Positions 41,103 through 55,213 are shown, numbered from the stretch's first letter. The stretch: DNA of 64,000 nucleotides from Terriglobia bacterium (GCA_965218585.1 CBDCLE010000015.1:1-64000), one strand, 5' to 3'. Notes: generated by a model not told the origin, from the sequence alone. A program made the numbers and translations.

Positions 41103-41953
41103 AACGAGAGAATTATACAAGGTCGGTTCCTCGAGACAGTCTCGGCGTTTATCTGCGCGAAATTGCTGTCTTTCCTCAGCTGAGCCCTTCGGAGGAGAAA
41201 GTTGTCGCCATTGGAGCGCGGGAAGGGAACCAGCAGTCGTTCAGGAAGTTGATCGAGTCTAATCTGCGTTTCGTGGTTTCGATGGCCAAGAAATACGCAC
41301 GTTCGGGCTACCCGATGCATGAATTGATTAATGAGGGCAACCTTGGCCTCATCGAAGCAGCCCGCAGGTTCGACCCCGATCGAGACGTCCGGTTCATCAC
41401 TTACGCCAGCTGGTGGATACGGCAGGCTATTCTCGCAGCGATTGCGCACTATGGCCAGGTGTTCAGTGTTCCCCCGAAGTTGAAGCATGAGCTCTATCGC
41501 TTTCAGACCAAGGTCAGCCGCCTGACACAGGAAATGGGGCACCGTCCCAGTGTCGAAGAGATTTCCGAGCAGCTCGAGATGAAGGAAACCGACGTCCGCG
41601 GCATGATGGAAGCCGTTCCGGGCGAGGTGTCCCTAAGCGCCTCCCTTGGTGAGGACAGCGACTTTCAGATTCAGGATCTGATCGCCGATCCCAATATCGA
41701 GCCACTGGACAAGGCGCTGATGGCGCAGTCGTTCGAACGTCAGCTTGGAGAACTACTCGACCAGCTGGATGAAAAGGAACTCTTCATCATTGAGCGGCGA
41801 TTCGGACTCAAAGACGACGAACCCCAGACCCTGGCCGAGTTGGGGGAGAAGCTGAATCTTTCCCGGGAGCGTATTCGCCAGATCCAGGCGCGGGCTTTGG
41901 AAAAACTGCGGAGATCGCAGAGGGCGAGGCAACTCCGCGGGTACCTCAATTAG
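41099..41953 (+). CDS. Sigma70-family factor (RpoD/RpoS-like, no region 1.1)
   Basis: YLREI, NLRFVVSMAKKY, RFITYASWWIRQAI, SRERIRQIQ. Confidence 0.95.
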   Translation: MKRENYTRSVPRDSLGVYLREIAVFPQLSPSEEKVVAIGAREGNQQSFRKLIESNLRFVVSMAKKYARSGYPMHELINEGNLGLIEAARRFDPDRDVRFITYASWWIRQAILAAIAHYGQVFSVPPKLKHELYRFQTKVSRLTQEMGHRPSVEEISEQLEMKETDVRGMMEAVPGEVSLSASLGEDSDFQIQDLIADPNIEPLDKALMAQSFERQLGELLDQLDEKELFIIERRFGLKDDEPQTLAELGEKLNLSRERIRQIQARALEKLRRSQRARQLRGYLN

Positions 41954-42205
41954 CCGTTCGGCGGTTTGGAGTTTCCGAGAAAAGATTTCGCTCCCTCGTT
42001 CATTCGGACATCCTGTCCGAGTCTCCTACATGAAAGCAGGGCGACCCTCGCCGTCAGGATGACGGCGAGGCCTCAGGAGATATCGGAGAAATCCGCAGCC
42101 TTCATCTAGACATTTGTCAATCGCCAAAGGCGGCAATGACTATCCAGCTCAGACGCTGTAAACTCTGCGCGCAGAGCTTAATCCGAGGGGTGTTAGAATC
42201 GGACA

Positions 42206-42955
42206 ATGGCGAGTAATACGGCCTGTCCGCTGTGCCAAGGCACAGGCTGGCAGCAAGTCGAAAAAGAAGGTATCCCCGGTGTTGTCCGCTGTGAATGTCT
42301 GAAGGAGTCCCGCGCGGACCGCATTCTGATAGAAGCCAGAATTCCGGAACGTTATGCCCACTGTGACCTCGAGGTCTTCGAACTCGGCCCGCAGCTGACA
42401 ACGCGTTCCATCGAACAGGCCAAATTGGCCGCCGAGAGGTTCGTTGAAGAGTATCCCCTGTCGCCGCCTATCGGACTGCTGTTCATGGGCAGGCCCGGGG
42501 TCGGGAAAACACATCTGGCTGTTGGAATTATCAAGCGGCTGATGCGGGAGAAATCTGTCGAATGCCTGTTCCGGACGTTTCCCGAACTTCTCAAAGAAAT
42601 ACAGAACTCATATAATCCGATTTCCAAGACGTCGGAACTGTCCCTGCTTGCGCCTGTCCTCGACACCGAAGTGCTCGTTCTGGACGAACTGGGCGCGCAA
42701 TCGCCTTCGTCGTGGGTTCGGGACACGGTGGGTTATATACTCAATTACCGTTACAACGAGAATAAGGTCACGATACTGACGACGAATTTCCCAGACGAGG
42801 TCGAAGGCCGGCATGCACGTAAGGGTGCTAGCGATTCCCTGATCGAACGGATCGGAGATCGAATGCGCTCGCGCCTCTACGAGATGTGCAAGACCGTTGA
42901 GATGGTCGGGAGCGATTTCCGGCAAAACGTCAAGCATGCGAATCACCACTTCTAA
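42206..42955 (+). CDS. DnaC/IstB-like AAA+ ATPase
   Basis: CPLC...CEC, GRPGVGKTHL, LVLDELG, RSRLYEM. Confidence 0.9.
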   Translation: MASNTACPLCQGTGWQQVEKEGIPGVVRCECLKESRADRILIEARIPERYAHCDLEVFELGPQLTTRSIEQAKLAAERFVEEYPLSPPIGLLFMGRPGVGKTHLAVGIIKRLMREKSVECLFRTFPELLKEIQNSYNPISKTSELSLLAPVLDTEVLVLDELGAQSPSSWVRDTVGYILNYRYNENKVTILTTNFPDEVEGRHARKGASDSLIERIGDRMRSRLYEMCKTVEMVGSDFRQNVKHANHHF

Positions 42956-44582
42956 GGTCCGGTTCTCCGGTCGACAACGAATTCTTGGCCTCGCAGCGGG
43001 AATTGGTCTCATCGTTCTGGTTGGTTTCGTTGGGGCGCAGTCCCCTCTACCTGTTCCGACCTCCGGGCCCGAGTCCATCCGAATTGACGAGCTCCGCGAG
43101 AAGGTCACCCATCTGGCCTCGGATGAATTTCGGGGGCGCGGCGACGGGACGCCGGAACTGGACCTCGCGGCCGATTACATCGCAGAAGTTTTTGAAGAAA
43201 ACGGCCTGACACCCGTGGGCGGAAATGGCTATTTCCAGGATTTTGAAGTCGAGCGGTTGAGCCTGGGAGACGGTAACGCCCTGACGATTTTCCGGGGCCG
43301 CGAGATCGACTTCAGCCTCCGATCGGACTTTCTGCCATTTCCGGGGTCCGTGGACGGGACTGTTTCTGGTTCGATGGTCTTCGTGGGTTACGGGATCCGG
43401 GCACCCGATCTGGACTACGACGATTTGGCTGATATCACCCTCGACGGTCAGATTGCTGTCGCGCTTGAAGGTGTCCCCCGGGGGGACGACCCGGATTCGC
43501 CGTTTAACGCGCTCTCCGACCGCGATTTCTCGAGCATCGCTGATAAAGCGCGGAATGCGGAGCAGGCGGGAGCTATCGGCATCCTTATTGTCCAGGGACC
43601 CGAACAGAGAGCCCTGACGCCGATCCGGTTTTGGGCGAGCACGCTTCGACCCAACCTGCCACCGCGCCGAAGCCTGATGCGTCTGGCTCCGGGACCCGCC
43701 GAGCCAAGGATTCCGATCGCCGTGGTTGCACGGCGTGCGGCCGATCGCATCGTCACCAATCTGGGTTCGCGTCAGTCGGAAATCAACAGCGACTTTGAGC
43801 CCCAGACCGTGCCGCTTTCCGGAACAGCGACGCTCAACGTCGATTTTGACCGTGACGGCTATACGGCGCGCAATGTCATTGCCAGAATCGAAGGGTCCAA
43901 TCCGGGATTAAACGCCGAAACGATCGTAGTCGGCGCCCATTATGACCATGACGGTGAAGACAACGGGCGGATCTGGAACGGCGCGGACGATGATGCGTCG
44001 GGCACCAGTGCGTTGCTGGAACTGGCCGAGGCATTTTCCGATGGTGTGCGTCCCGGACGCAGCGTTCTCCTGTCAGCTTGGGCGGGAGAAGAAAAAGGGA
44101 TGCTGGGCAGTCAGCGATATGTCACCGATCCTGTCGCTCCGCTCGAGGACACCGTAGCGATGTTCCAACTGGATATGATCGGCCGCAACGAAGAACACGG
44201 ACCTAATGAAGCGGAAGGTTTCGAAAGGGAACGGGCTTCTGAAAACGGGAATATGGTGAACGTCCTCGGCTCTGTTTTCAGTCCGGATTTACGGGCAGCG
44301 CTCGAAGGGGCCAATAACGACGTCGACCTGGATCTACGTTTCCGGTACGACTACGGGGCCCAGAACCTGATACGCCGGAGTGACCACTGGTCATTCCTTT
44401 CGGCCAGAATACCCGCACTTTTCATATTTGGAGGCCTTCACCCCGACTATCACACACCGAACGACACTGCTGACAAGATCAATTACGAGAAACTTGAGAG
44501 GGTCGTGAGGTTGATCTACCAGGCTGTGCTCGACATGGGTGACGGCTCGGCCCGACCACAGTTCACGATTCCCCAGGGATAG
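42936..44582 (+). CDS. M28 aminopeptidase with PA domain
   Basis: GAHYDH, GADDDASG, GEEKG, LDMIG, SDH, YHTPND. Confidence 0.93.
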   Translation: MRITTSKVRFSGRQRILGLAAGIGLIVLVGFVGAQSPLPVPTSGPESIRIDELREKVTHLASDEFRGRGDGTPELDLAADYIAEVFEENGLTPVGGNGYFQDFEVERLSLGDGNALTIFRGREIDFSLRSDFLPFPGSVDGTVSGSMVFVGYGIRAPDLDYDDLADITLDGQIAVALEGVPRGDDPDSPFNALSDRDFSSIADKARNAEQAGAIGILIVQGPEQRALTPIRFWASTLRPNLPPRRSLMRLAPGPAEPRIPIAVVARRAADRIVTNLGSRQSEINSDFEPQTVPLSGTATLNVDFDRDGYTARNVIARIEGSNPGLNAETIVVGAHYDHDGEDNGRIWNGADDDASGTSALLELAEAFSDGVRPGRSVLLSAWAGEEKGMLGSQRYVTDPVAPLEDTVAMFQLDMIGRNEEHGPNEAEGFERERASENGNMVNVLGSVFSPDLRAALEGANNDVDLDLRFRYDYGAQNLIRRSDHWSFLSARIPALFIFGGLHPDYHTPNDTADKINYEKLERVVRLIYQAVLDMGDGSARPQFTIPQG

Positions 44583-44598
44583 CGAGGTTGAAAAGCTG

Positions 44599-44910
44599 AT
44601 GGATATCAGAGACGAAATGCGACAGCTCGGCTACAGCAAAGAGGATGAGTACTTCTTCAAGAAGGATCAGGAACTGATCGAGAAGATGCGGGAGGCTGCC
44701 AACGTCCGCAAGAAGGAGCTCGAGGACAAGCATAAGGGCGAGGCGTACTGGATGACTTGTCCCAAGTGTGGCACAGCGCTCGAGGAGGAAGTTCTTGAAA
44801 ACGTCGTACGCGTCGATAGCTGTGCCAATTGTGGCGGTACCTACTTCGACCACGGCGAACTCGAACTCCTGCTCAAGGCACGTATTGGTTCAGTCCTCCG
44901 GGGCACCTGA
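44599..44910 (+). CDS. zf-TFIIB domain protein
   Basis: EDEYF, CPKCG, CANCGGTYFDHGELE. Confidence 0.85.
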   Translation: MDIRDEMRQLGYSKEDEYFFKKDQELIEKMREAANVRKKELEDKHKGEAYWMTCPKCGTALEEEVLENVVRVDSCANCGGTYFDHGELELLLKARIGSVLRGT

Positions 44911-44985
44911 TTGCGTTTTCGGTGAGGTGCGCAGAATCTGCGCCACTTCCCGTCACCCCCAAAAGACCAGAGAAGCTCCCGAACC

Positions 44986-46350
44986 GAGGTCATTACAAAA
45001 GGTGTGTAAAAGTCATCAGGCGGCGGCCTTCGATTTCATCACGACTCTGATGCCGTCAGCGAATTGCTGACCATCATAGACCTCTTGTAAGAGTTCGGAT
45101 CCTTTTAAGTGTCGCCAAGCCTTCTCAGCGACACGTAGTAGCTTCCAGATCATTGCCGTTGCATTCTCGACACGCTTGAATCGGCGAGCGGCGTTGGTGC
45201 GGAGACGAACCATGTCGAAGGGCGATTCGACGATGTTGGTCGTTCTCAGATGCACCCAGTGTTGTTTCGGGAACTCATAGAAAGTAATCATCCGGTCCCA
45301 GTCCCGCAACAGCGTCTCACCCGCTTTGGGATAGTTCTTCTCATATCGGCGGACGAACTGATCCCGCTTTCGTTCGCAGGCCGCGCGGGAGTTCGCGAAG
45401 GCCATCCCATGAAGCAGCTGTCTGGCCGCGGGCTGCTCGGTCTTCGGCAGATGATCGACCACGTTGATCGACTTGTGGTTCCAGCAGCGTTGTTCCTGGC
45501 CCTGGGGCTGTTGCTCGGCCAGCGCGGACCAGATGCCCAGGTGACCGTCCGCGACAGTCAGCCGTCCCAGCTTCAGGCCCCGTCTCTGGAGATTGCGCAG
45601 AATGCGGCTCCAGGACTCCTTGTTTTTCCGCTGCCCGCTCTCACAGGCCAACACCACTTTGCGCCCGTCTGACAAGGCTCCGATGATCACCAGCAATGCC
45701 GCTCGCTCTTTCGCGATCCCCGCTTTCACGTACAAGCCGTCTGCCCACTGGTACACGACCTCGAGGCCGGACAGGTCCTGCTGGACCCACTCGTCATACT
45801 CCAACTGCCAGGTCGATTTCAGTCGTTGGATCGATGCTCGCGACAACGGAGCGCCAGCGCCAAGCAGTCCGCGCATGGCCTGCTCGAAGTCCCCTGTGGC
45901 CAGACCGTGGAGGTAGAGATCGGGAAGTAGCTCGCCCAGCTGTTTCGATTTCCGTCGAAAATACGGCAGGATCTGACTCTCGAACCGCTCGGCGGTGTTT
46001 CGAACCCGAGGTCGTCGAACCTCCATCGTACCGTTCATCATTGCGAAGCGTCGCGGCTTCCCGTGACCGTTCCGGTATCCTCGTCGATTCGGACTCCGCT
46101 CCGACTTTTCCCGACCCAGAAATTGAGTGACTTCGTCCTCGAGCAGCTCCTGTAGCCAGACTTGGACCCGGGATCGCGCCCAGTCCTCCAAACCTTCATA
46201 CGCGTTCGTTGACGCCACTGATGCCGGTATGTTCTTCTTCTTCATGGGTGGTGTACCTTTCTCCCGGTTGCTGCCGGGATTGCTTAGGGTTTCGGATTCA
46301 CCGAAAGCGTACACCGCCTTCTCTTTTTACACACCGATTGGAACGACCTC
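44986..46350 (-). mobile_element. IS256-family IS, copy 2
   Basis: Same IR type as copy 1; 8 bp TSD cccgaacc. Confidence 0.95.
45016..46245 (-). CDS. IS256 transposase
   Basis: 409 aa, nearly identical to 20250-21479. Confidence 0.95.
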   Translation of the reverse strand: MKKKNIPASVASTNAYEGLEDWARSRVQVWLQELLEDEVTQFLGREKSERSPNRRGYRNGHGKPRRFAMMNGTMEVRRPRVRNTAERFESQILPYFRRKSKQLGELLPDLYLHGLATGDFEQAMRGLLGAGAPLSRASIQRLKSTWQLEYDEWVQQDLSGLEVVYQWADGLYVKAGIAKERAALLVIIGALSDGRKVVLACESGQRKNKESWSRILRNLQRRGLKLGRLTVADGHLGIWSALAEQQPQGQEQRCWNHKSINVVDHLPKTEQPAARQLLHGMAFANSRAACERKRDQFVRRYEKNYPKAGETLLRDWDRMITFYEFPKQHWVHLRTTNIVESPFDMVRLRTNAARRFKRVENATAMIWKLLRVAEKAWRHLKGSELLQEVYDGQQFADGIRVVMKSKAAA

Positions 46351-46391
46351 CCCGAACCGCTATTGACAGCAGTGAACGCCCTTATTTATTA

Positions 46392-46418
46392 TTAGCACTC
46401 GCCCTTATTGAGTGCTAA
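46392..46418 (+). promoter_or_regulatory. CIRCE element (HrcA operator)
   Basis: Perfect TTAGCACTC-N9-GAGTGCTAA upstream of groES; TTGACA at 46363-46368. Confidence 0.97.
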
Positions 46419-46460
46419 CGCTTCGGACGTAAGTTTCTTTAGAACTAGGAGAATAGATAG

Positions 46461-46778
46461 ATGAACATGCGACCTTTACACGATCGCGTGCTGATAAAGC
46501 GCATCGAGGAACAGGAGACAATGCGGGGAGGTATCATCATCCCGGATTCGGCTAAAGAGAAACCCCAGGAAGGCGAAGTTGTTGCCGCCGGAAGTGGAAA
46601 ACGGCTTGAAGATGGAACGGTGCTGCCCCTGGAACTCCAGGTGGGAGATCGGGTCCTTTTCGGAAAGTATTCGGGAACAGAAATCAAATTGGACGATGAG
46701 GACTACCTGATCCTCAAGGAAGATGAAGTTCTGGGTATCACTTCTCCGGCCAAGAAAGCCAAAAAGGCCAAGAAGTAG
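46461..46778 (+). CDS. groES: Co-chaperonin GroES
   Basis: [23 protein letters not shown]. Confidence 0.98.
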   Translation: MNMRPLHDRVLIKRIEEQETMRGGIIIPDSAKEKPQEGEVVAAGSGKRLEDGTVLPLELQVGDRVLFGKYSGTEIKLDDEDYLILKEDEVLGITSPAKKAKKAKK

Positions 46779-48428
<1,650 letters not shown>

Positions 48429-48447
48429 GAAGCTATCAGCTGACAGC

Positions 48448-48482
48448 AAAAGCCCTCGACCCAATCGGGTCGAGGGCTTTTT
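48448..48482. terminator. Intrinsic (bidirectional) terminator
   Basis: aaaagccctcgaccc-aatc-gggtcgagggcttttt. Confidence 0.9.
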
Positions 48483-48658
48483 ATTGGCATGGAGCCCAGA
48501 CATCCATTAGCATGGGGCCCACCGTCCCCTAGAACCCACACAGTGGTGAGAGCACGGACGTCATTGTGTGATTCAAATTTATCGGGAGCTTGGAGGCTGG
48601 TCCGGTCCCCCCATGCTCCGCGTCAGTCGTCGGTTTGGCTGAGCGCTGATAGTCGCCC

Positions 48659-49636
48659 TTACGCGGCCTTGAATACCTTTTCGAAGATTCGCTTGAACAG
48701 GCTGTCCTCGACATGGCTCGCTTTCTTCTCGAATTCGCTATAACTGGCGACTTTCGAGGCCTGCGAATAGGCAGCTTCTGCTGATTGAGGGGGCACGGGT
48801 CCAGGGCCGGGTGTATCAGAGCCTGGATCTGCTATTGAGTCGGACTGCGAGTTCGCTCGAAGATCCGGGTTAAATGTCTTGGCCCAGGCGGATTCTGTAA
48901 CGATCGGCGAGAATTTCTCCTGCGGATCCGGAGTCGTCACGGCCGAAAGCCGTCGTGGCACAGAAGCCGCAGCTTGCTCGTAGCAGTGATGAACATCCCT
49001 GAAGGCTCCTTCCACACTTTCTTTCAGGGCTCGGTCTTCGGTCGAATACCAGCGATCCGGATGAAATTGCCGGACTCTCTTCCGGTAGGCCTTCTTGAGG
49101 TCTTCGGGTGACGCGCTTCGTGCGACGTTCAGTACCTGCCAGTAGTCTCCGCGTCCGGTGGCAGCCCGGATTTCTTGTATCTCTTCCTCGACGGACTTTG
49201 AAACGGGAGGCTCCAGGGTCAGGGCTCCCGACACTGCCAGCCGCAGCATGCGTCTGAGCCGGCCCGTGCCTTTTTCCATGTGTGTCCCAACCCCCGTTTC
49301 GTGAACGTCCGGATCTTCGGGAAGCAACACCGTCCAACTCTTGTAGGGCTTCCAAACTCTCTGAAGAGTGCGGTCTCCCAGCGATTCCATTGCTTCAATC
49401 AGAAGCGCGGCGCCACTTTGAAGCTCGTCCGGAGGGGGTATCTGAATCGGGTGAAACGAGACCTCCAGCGGTGCTTCTTCGAAGCAGGGAAAGACTTCCT
49501 CTCGCGTTGAAACAATCGTTCCCTCCGAAAAATCGACAGATCGGAGACAGTGTGAATAAGTCAGTTCTAATCGGCCAGTAGAATGGCTGACAATGTGATG
49601 TCGAATTTTCCGGGCCATTTCAAGGATGGTGGCCAT
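48659..49636 (-). CDS. Protein with an internal J-domain
   Basis: DYWQVLNV...LKKAYRKRVRQFHPDR. Confidence 0.85.
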   Translation of the reverse strand: MATILEMARKIRHHIVSHSTGRLELTYSHCLRSVDFSEGTIVSTREEVFPCFEEAPLEVSFHPIQIPPPDELQSGAALLIEAMESLGDRTLQRVWKPYKSWTVLLPEDPDVHETGVGTHMEKGTGRLRRMLRLAVSGALTLEPPVSKSVEEEIQEIRAATGRGDYWQVLNVARSASPEDLKKAYRKRVRQFHPDRWYSTEDRALKESVEGAFRDVHHCYEQAAASVPRRLSAVTTPDPQEKFSPIVTESAWAKTFNPDLRANSQSDSIADPGSDTPGPGPVPPQSAEAAYSQASKVASYSEFEKKASHVEDSLFKRIFEKVFKAA

Positions 49637-49754
49637 ACTCTTCTTATCGGCGGGGAAAAGGATTCCAACAGGGAAAAATGAGGCTCAAATGTAATGAATC
49701 CAGTACGATCCAGCCTATTCTATAGACCTCCGGTGGCCGCCGGTTGAGGCATAA

Positions 49755-51740
<1,986 letters not shown>

Positions 51741-51766
51741 TTTCCCATACGTTTCGTTTGAGGTTG

Positions 51767-52723
51767 ATGATGAAGAAAGCCACGATTCTGGCCGTCCTTG
51801 CGATCTTGTGCCTCACCTATCCTGCGTTTTTCGGTGCAGAGGCGACCCAGCAGCAGCCCGATGCAGAAGAGCAGACGATTTCGGTCGACGTCGACCTGGT
51901 TAACGTCTTTTTTACCGTGACCGACGACGATGACCAGTTGTTTACGGGACTGACTCGTGATGACTTCCGGGTTTTCGAGGACGAGGTTCTCCAGACGATC
52001 ACAAACTTCGATTCCGAAACAGACCTGCCCCTGACGATCGCCCTTTTGATCGACACCAGTGGAAGTATTCGCGACCGGCTCCGGTTTGAGCAGGAAGCGG
52101 CGATCGAGTTCTTCTATTCGACGATCGAGAGGAGAAGGGATCAGGGGATGCTTGTCGCCTTCGATTCGGGAGTGGATCTGTTACAGGATTTCACGGATAA
52201 CCCCGAGGAGTTGTCCGAGGCCGTCCGAAAGATCCGCGCCGGTGGGGGCACTTCGCTCTACGACGCGATCTACCTTTCGATCAGCGAAAGAATGGTGGCG
52301 CGGCCGGAAGGACGGCGTGTGATGATTGTTATCAGCGATGGGGACGACAACGCGAGCCGTTACTCGATGACCGAGACGCTCGAAGTGGCCCAGAGGAACA
52401 ATGTTGCGATCTATACGATCAGCACCAATTCCTCTGCCAATTTTGAGACACGGGCGCAGCGCCGCGGCGACGACACGCTGGAAACCTTTGCCGAGGAAAC
52501 CGGCGGGCGGGCTTTCTTTCCTCTCCGGCTGGAGCAACTGGCCGTTAACTTTCAAGAGATCAGTGACGAACTCCGGGCCCAGTACACGCTTGCTTATATC
52601 CCTACCAACCTGGCACGCGACGGCACCTACCGTGAAATCGAAGTGGAACCGGTCGACGACGATTTCGAAGTGAAAGCCCGGCGAGGATACTACGCTCCGC
52701 GGGAGGCTCCCAGCGGCGACTAG
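51767..52723 (+). CDS. VWA domain protein (Acidobacterial VWFA-related type)
   Basis: Signal peptide, VDVDLVNV, DTSGS MIDAS, SDGDD, ARRGYY. Confidence 0.9.
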   Translation: MMKKATILAVLAILCLTYPAFFGAEATQQQPDAEEQTISVDVDLVNVFFTVTDDDDQLFTGLTRDDFRVFEDEVLQTITNFDSETDLPLTIALLIDTSGSIRDRLRFEQEAAIEFFYSTIERRRDQGMLVAFDSGVDLLQDFTDNPEELSEAVRKIRAGGGTSLYDAIYLSISERMVARPEGRRVMIVISDGDDNASRYSMTETLEVAQRNNVAIYTISTNSSANFETRAQRRGDDTLETFAEETGGRAFFPLRLEQLAVNFQEISDELRAQYTLAYIPTNLARDGTYREIEVEPVDDDFEVKARRGYYAPREAPSGD

Positions 52724-52796
52724 TTCACGGATTGGTCACACGGATTGTCCGGCTCTTAACTTCTTCTTCTCAGTTCTCACCAACGTAAGTTGACCG

Positions 52797-53666
52797 TCAG
52801 TTGTCTTCTTCGCCTTCGATAGGAGCCACACCGGACGCCGGTGCGTTCGGGCCGGGGCCGTCACCCAGTGACGTCTGGGCGCCGGTACGGATCAGAGCTG
52901 TGGCACTGGGTCCCTGGAAGAAGCTGTAGCCCTCGCGTGTGTCCTTCCAGGCAGCGGGACCTCCCAGGTTTCGGCCGGCTTCCAATGTCGCGTCCTTGAT
53001 CTGTGTGACCAGAGCTTCATATCCGGAGTCGCCCTGCCGCAGACCCGAAAAACTTCCGAGGTCCGAGCTGGCGGCAAACACAACATCGACGCCGGGAATG
53101 TTCGCGACCTGATCAGCGATCTCCACACCCGCGGGATTCTCGATCATTGCCACGATCATGATGTTATCGTTGGCCGCCTCGCGGTAGCCACTACCCCAAA
53201 GAGCGCGGTATTGTCCTCCGCCCTGGCTGCGCTTTCCGATGGGTGGATACTTGGCGAATGTGATCGCGTTCCGCACCTTCTCGACACTGTCGACCATCGG
53301 GATGATGATGCCCAGAGCCCCGATGTCGGTGGCTTTCTGTATGTCCCCTTCGGTAGCATCGGGTACCCGAATGAATGGGACAGCCGGCCCGGGACAAACC
53401 CGGATCATCCGGGCGACGTCCGCATAAGTCAGCGGACTGTGCTGCATTTCGATCCAGAGGAAGTCAAAACCAGCACTGGCCATCGCGCAGTAGATATCTG
53501 GATCAGGAGTGCTGATCGTGCCTCCGACTACCTGTTCGCCGTCCGCCAGTTTCTGTTTTACCGTGTTGAACATCACACCATCGGTTTGACCCGGCTGCGC
53601 TTGGGCTACTGTCACAGCCACAAGAATGATGACCGATACCCATACCGACGAACTCGTTCGCTTCAT
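52797..53666 (-). CDS. HpcH/HpaI aldolase family protein with signal-like N-terminus
   Basis: GFDFLWIEMQH, IIPMV, YPPIGKRS, AMIEN. Confidence 0.9.
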   Translation of the reverse strand: MKRTSSSVWVSVIILVAVTVAQAQPGQTDGVMFNTVKQKLADGEQVVGGTISTPDPDIYCAMASAGFDFLWIEMQHSPLTYADVARMIRVCPGPAVPFIRVPDATEGDIQKATDIGALGIIIPMVDSVEKVRNAITFAKYPPIGKRSQGGGQYRALWGSGYREAANDNIMIVAMIENPAGVEIADQVANIPGVDVVFAASSDLGSFSGLRQGDSGYEALVTQIKDATLEAGRNLGGPAAWKDTREGYSFFQGPSATALIRTGAQTSLGDGPGPNAPASGVAPIEGEEDN

Positions 53667-53701
53667 AGCTGAACCTCACTGGAAAAATTAGTCACACCTA
53701 C

Positions 53702-53975
53702 TAGTGGCCTGTACCACCCATATTGGGACCAGCGCCGATGGGTCTTGCGGGCGAGATCGCGGCGCGAGACGGAAATTGATGTTTCGCATCATTGACGGCT
53801 CGTAACAAAGATATCGCCCGCAACCCCCATTGGCCCACAGGGTTACGGCGAAACGGCGTCGTCTTCGTTGTCGTCAGCTCCTCCAAATGACGGAGCATTT
53901 CCTCGTCGCTGACTCCTAGAATCCAATGCCGTTTGGCCGTAACGCTGGTCCCAATATGGGTGGTACAGGTCACTA
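53702..53975. mobile_element. MITE / internally deleted IS (TA-ended, IS630-like)
   Basis: 33 bp IR with 1 mismatch, tagtggcctgtaccacccatattgggaccagcg. Confidence 0.8.
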
Positions 53976-54036
53976 CTCCGAGATTTCTGGTAGCGCGTAG
54001 GCAATGAGCTGTTCCGGCGTTTGCCTGTTACAGAGC

Positions 54037-55035
54037 CTACTCTACCAGGAGTCTTCTTACCTTGACTCCGGCCTCGTTGAACAGATTGAACGCGCTGTCG
54101 TTGAGAGGGTAGTCCTTGTTGTAGACGACTTCGGAGATGCCGGAGTTGATGATCATCTTGGCGCAGAGCAGGCAGGGAGCAAACGTGCTGTAAATGGTCG
54201 AACCTGTGAGGCCTGCGCCGTGGTAGGCGGCCTGGACGATGGCGTTTTCTTCGCCGTGGGAGCAGAGGCATTCATCCAGACTTGTTCCCGACGATGCCAG
54301 GCTGTTGCATCGGGGACATCCGCCTTCGTTGCAGTTCCGTGTCCCGCGTGGAGTACCGTTGTACCCGGTCGAGATGATGCGTCTGTCGTGAACGATGATT
54401 GCGGCCACCTTGCGCTTGAGGCAGTTTGACCGTGAGGCCGCAACCTTGGCGATGTTCATGAAGTATTGATCCCACCCGGGTCGGGGAACCTCCCGAAGAA
54501 GTTCGAGAAGCAGCTTGTCGATTTCGCCGTTCAGCTCTTCGAGTGTTCCATTGTTCTGTATCGAATAGTCGGAGAGTTCCTGGACCTGGCGCAGGTTCTG
54601 TGTGTGCGGATCGCCTGCGGCCTCTCTTTCCTCCAGAGCCAGAAAGTCATCATAGCTTTCCGGATCGCTTTCGCGTTTCCGGCTCTGTATGCGCCCGAAT
54701 CGAACGTCGGCCTCGGCGTCGACCAGAACCAGCCGGAAGTGACCTCCGGCCCTCAGAGTTTCGACCTCCGCAGGGTTTCGAATCGAATCGATCACCGTGT
54801 TGGTGCCGTCCTCGACCCTGGACAGAATCCGCTGGGCCAACACCGCCGAACCGTAACGTTCTCGCAGGTTGTTGCCCGTCTGAATGAGGTTTTCCCGCGT
54901 CAGTTCTTTGCCCGCCGACTGGATTTCATCCCGGATCACGTCCGACAAGGAGTAGTATTCAAAGCTTTTTCCCTTCAGGTAGCTCGCCACTTCCCCCTTG
55001 CCGCCGCCGTTCGGTCCGGTCAACCCGATCAACAT
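54037..55035 (-). CDS. P-loop kinase-like domain fused to dCMP deaminase
   Basis: GLTGPNGGGKG; WDQYFM, TGYNG, HGEENA, PCLLC. Confidence 0.92.
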   Translation of the reverse strand: MLIGLTGPNGGGKGEVASYLKGKSFEYYSLSDVIRDEIQSAGKELTRENLIQTGNNLRERYGSAVLAQRILSRVEDGTNTVIDSIRNPAEVETLRAGGHFRLVLVDAEADVRFGRIQSRKRESDPESYDDFLALEEREAAGDPHTQNLRQVQELSDYSIQNNGTLEELNGEIDKLLLELLREVPRPGWDQYFMNIAKVAASRSNCLKRKVAAIIVHDRRIISTGYNGTPRGTRNCNEGGCPRCNSLASSGTSLDECLCSHGEENAIVQAAYHGAGLTGSTIYSTFAPCLLCAKMIINSGISEVVYNKDYPLNDSAFNLFNEAGVKVRRLLVE

Positions 55036-55131
55036 CTGTCACGCTCCTCCTGCCCTGGCGTCCTAAGGATACTATGGCGGAGGGCGAGGACAGAACCGGG
55101 CTGACTGCCAAGGGCTGATCACGACACTAAG

Positions 55132-55213
55132 AGTGGGGACAGGGCACTCTTTCTGTGTTCTGCTCCGGACCATACGGAAACCGGGCTGGCAAAAAGAGTG
55201 ACCTGTCCCCACT
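55132..55213. repeat. Intergenic palindromic REP-like element
   Basis: agtggggacagggcactcttt ... aaagagtgacctgtccccact. Confidence 0.8.

Noticed and set aside
53693-53730. NrdR-like boxes
   Set aside because: Sequence is mostly the MITE terminal inverted repeat and the spacing does not fit
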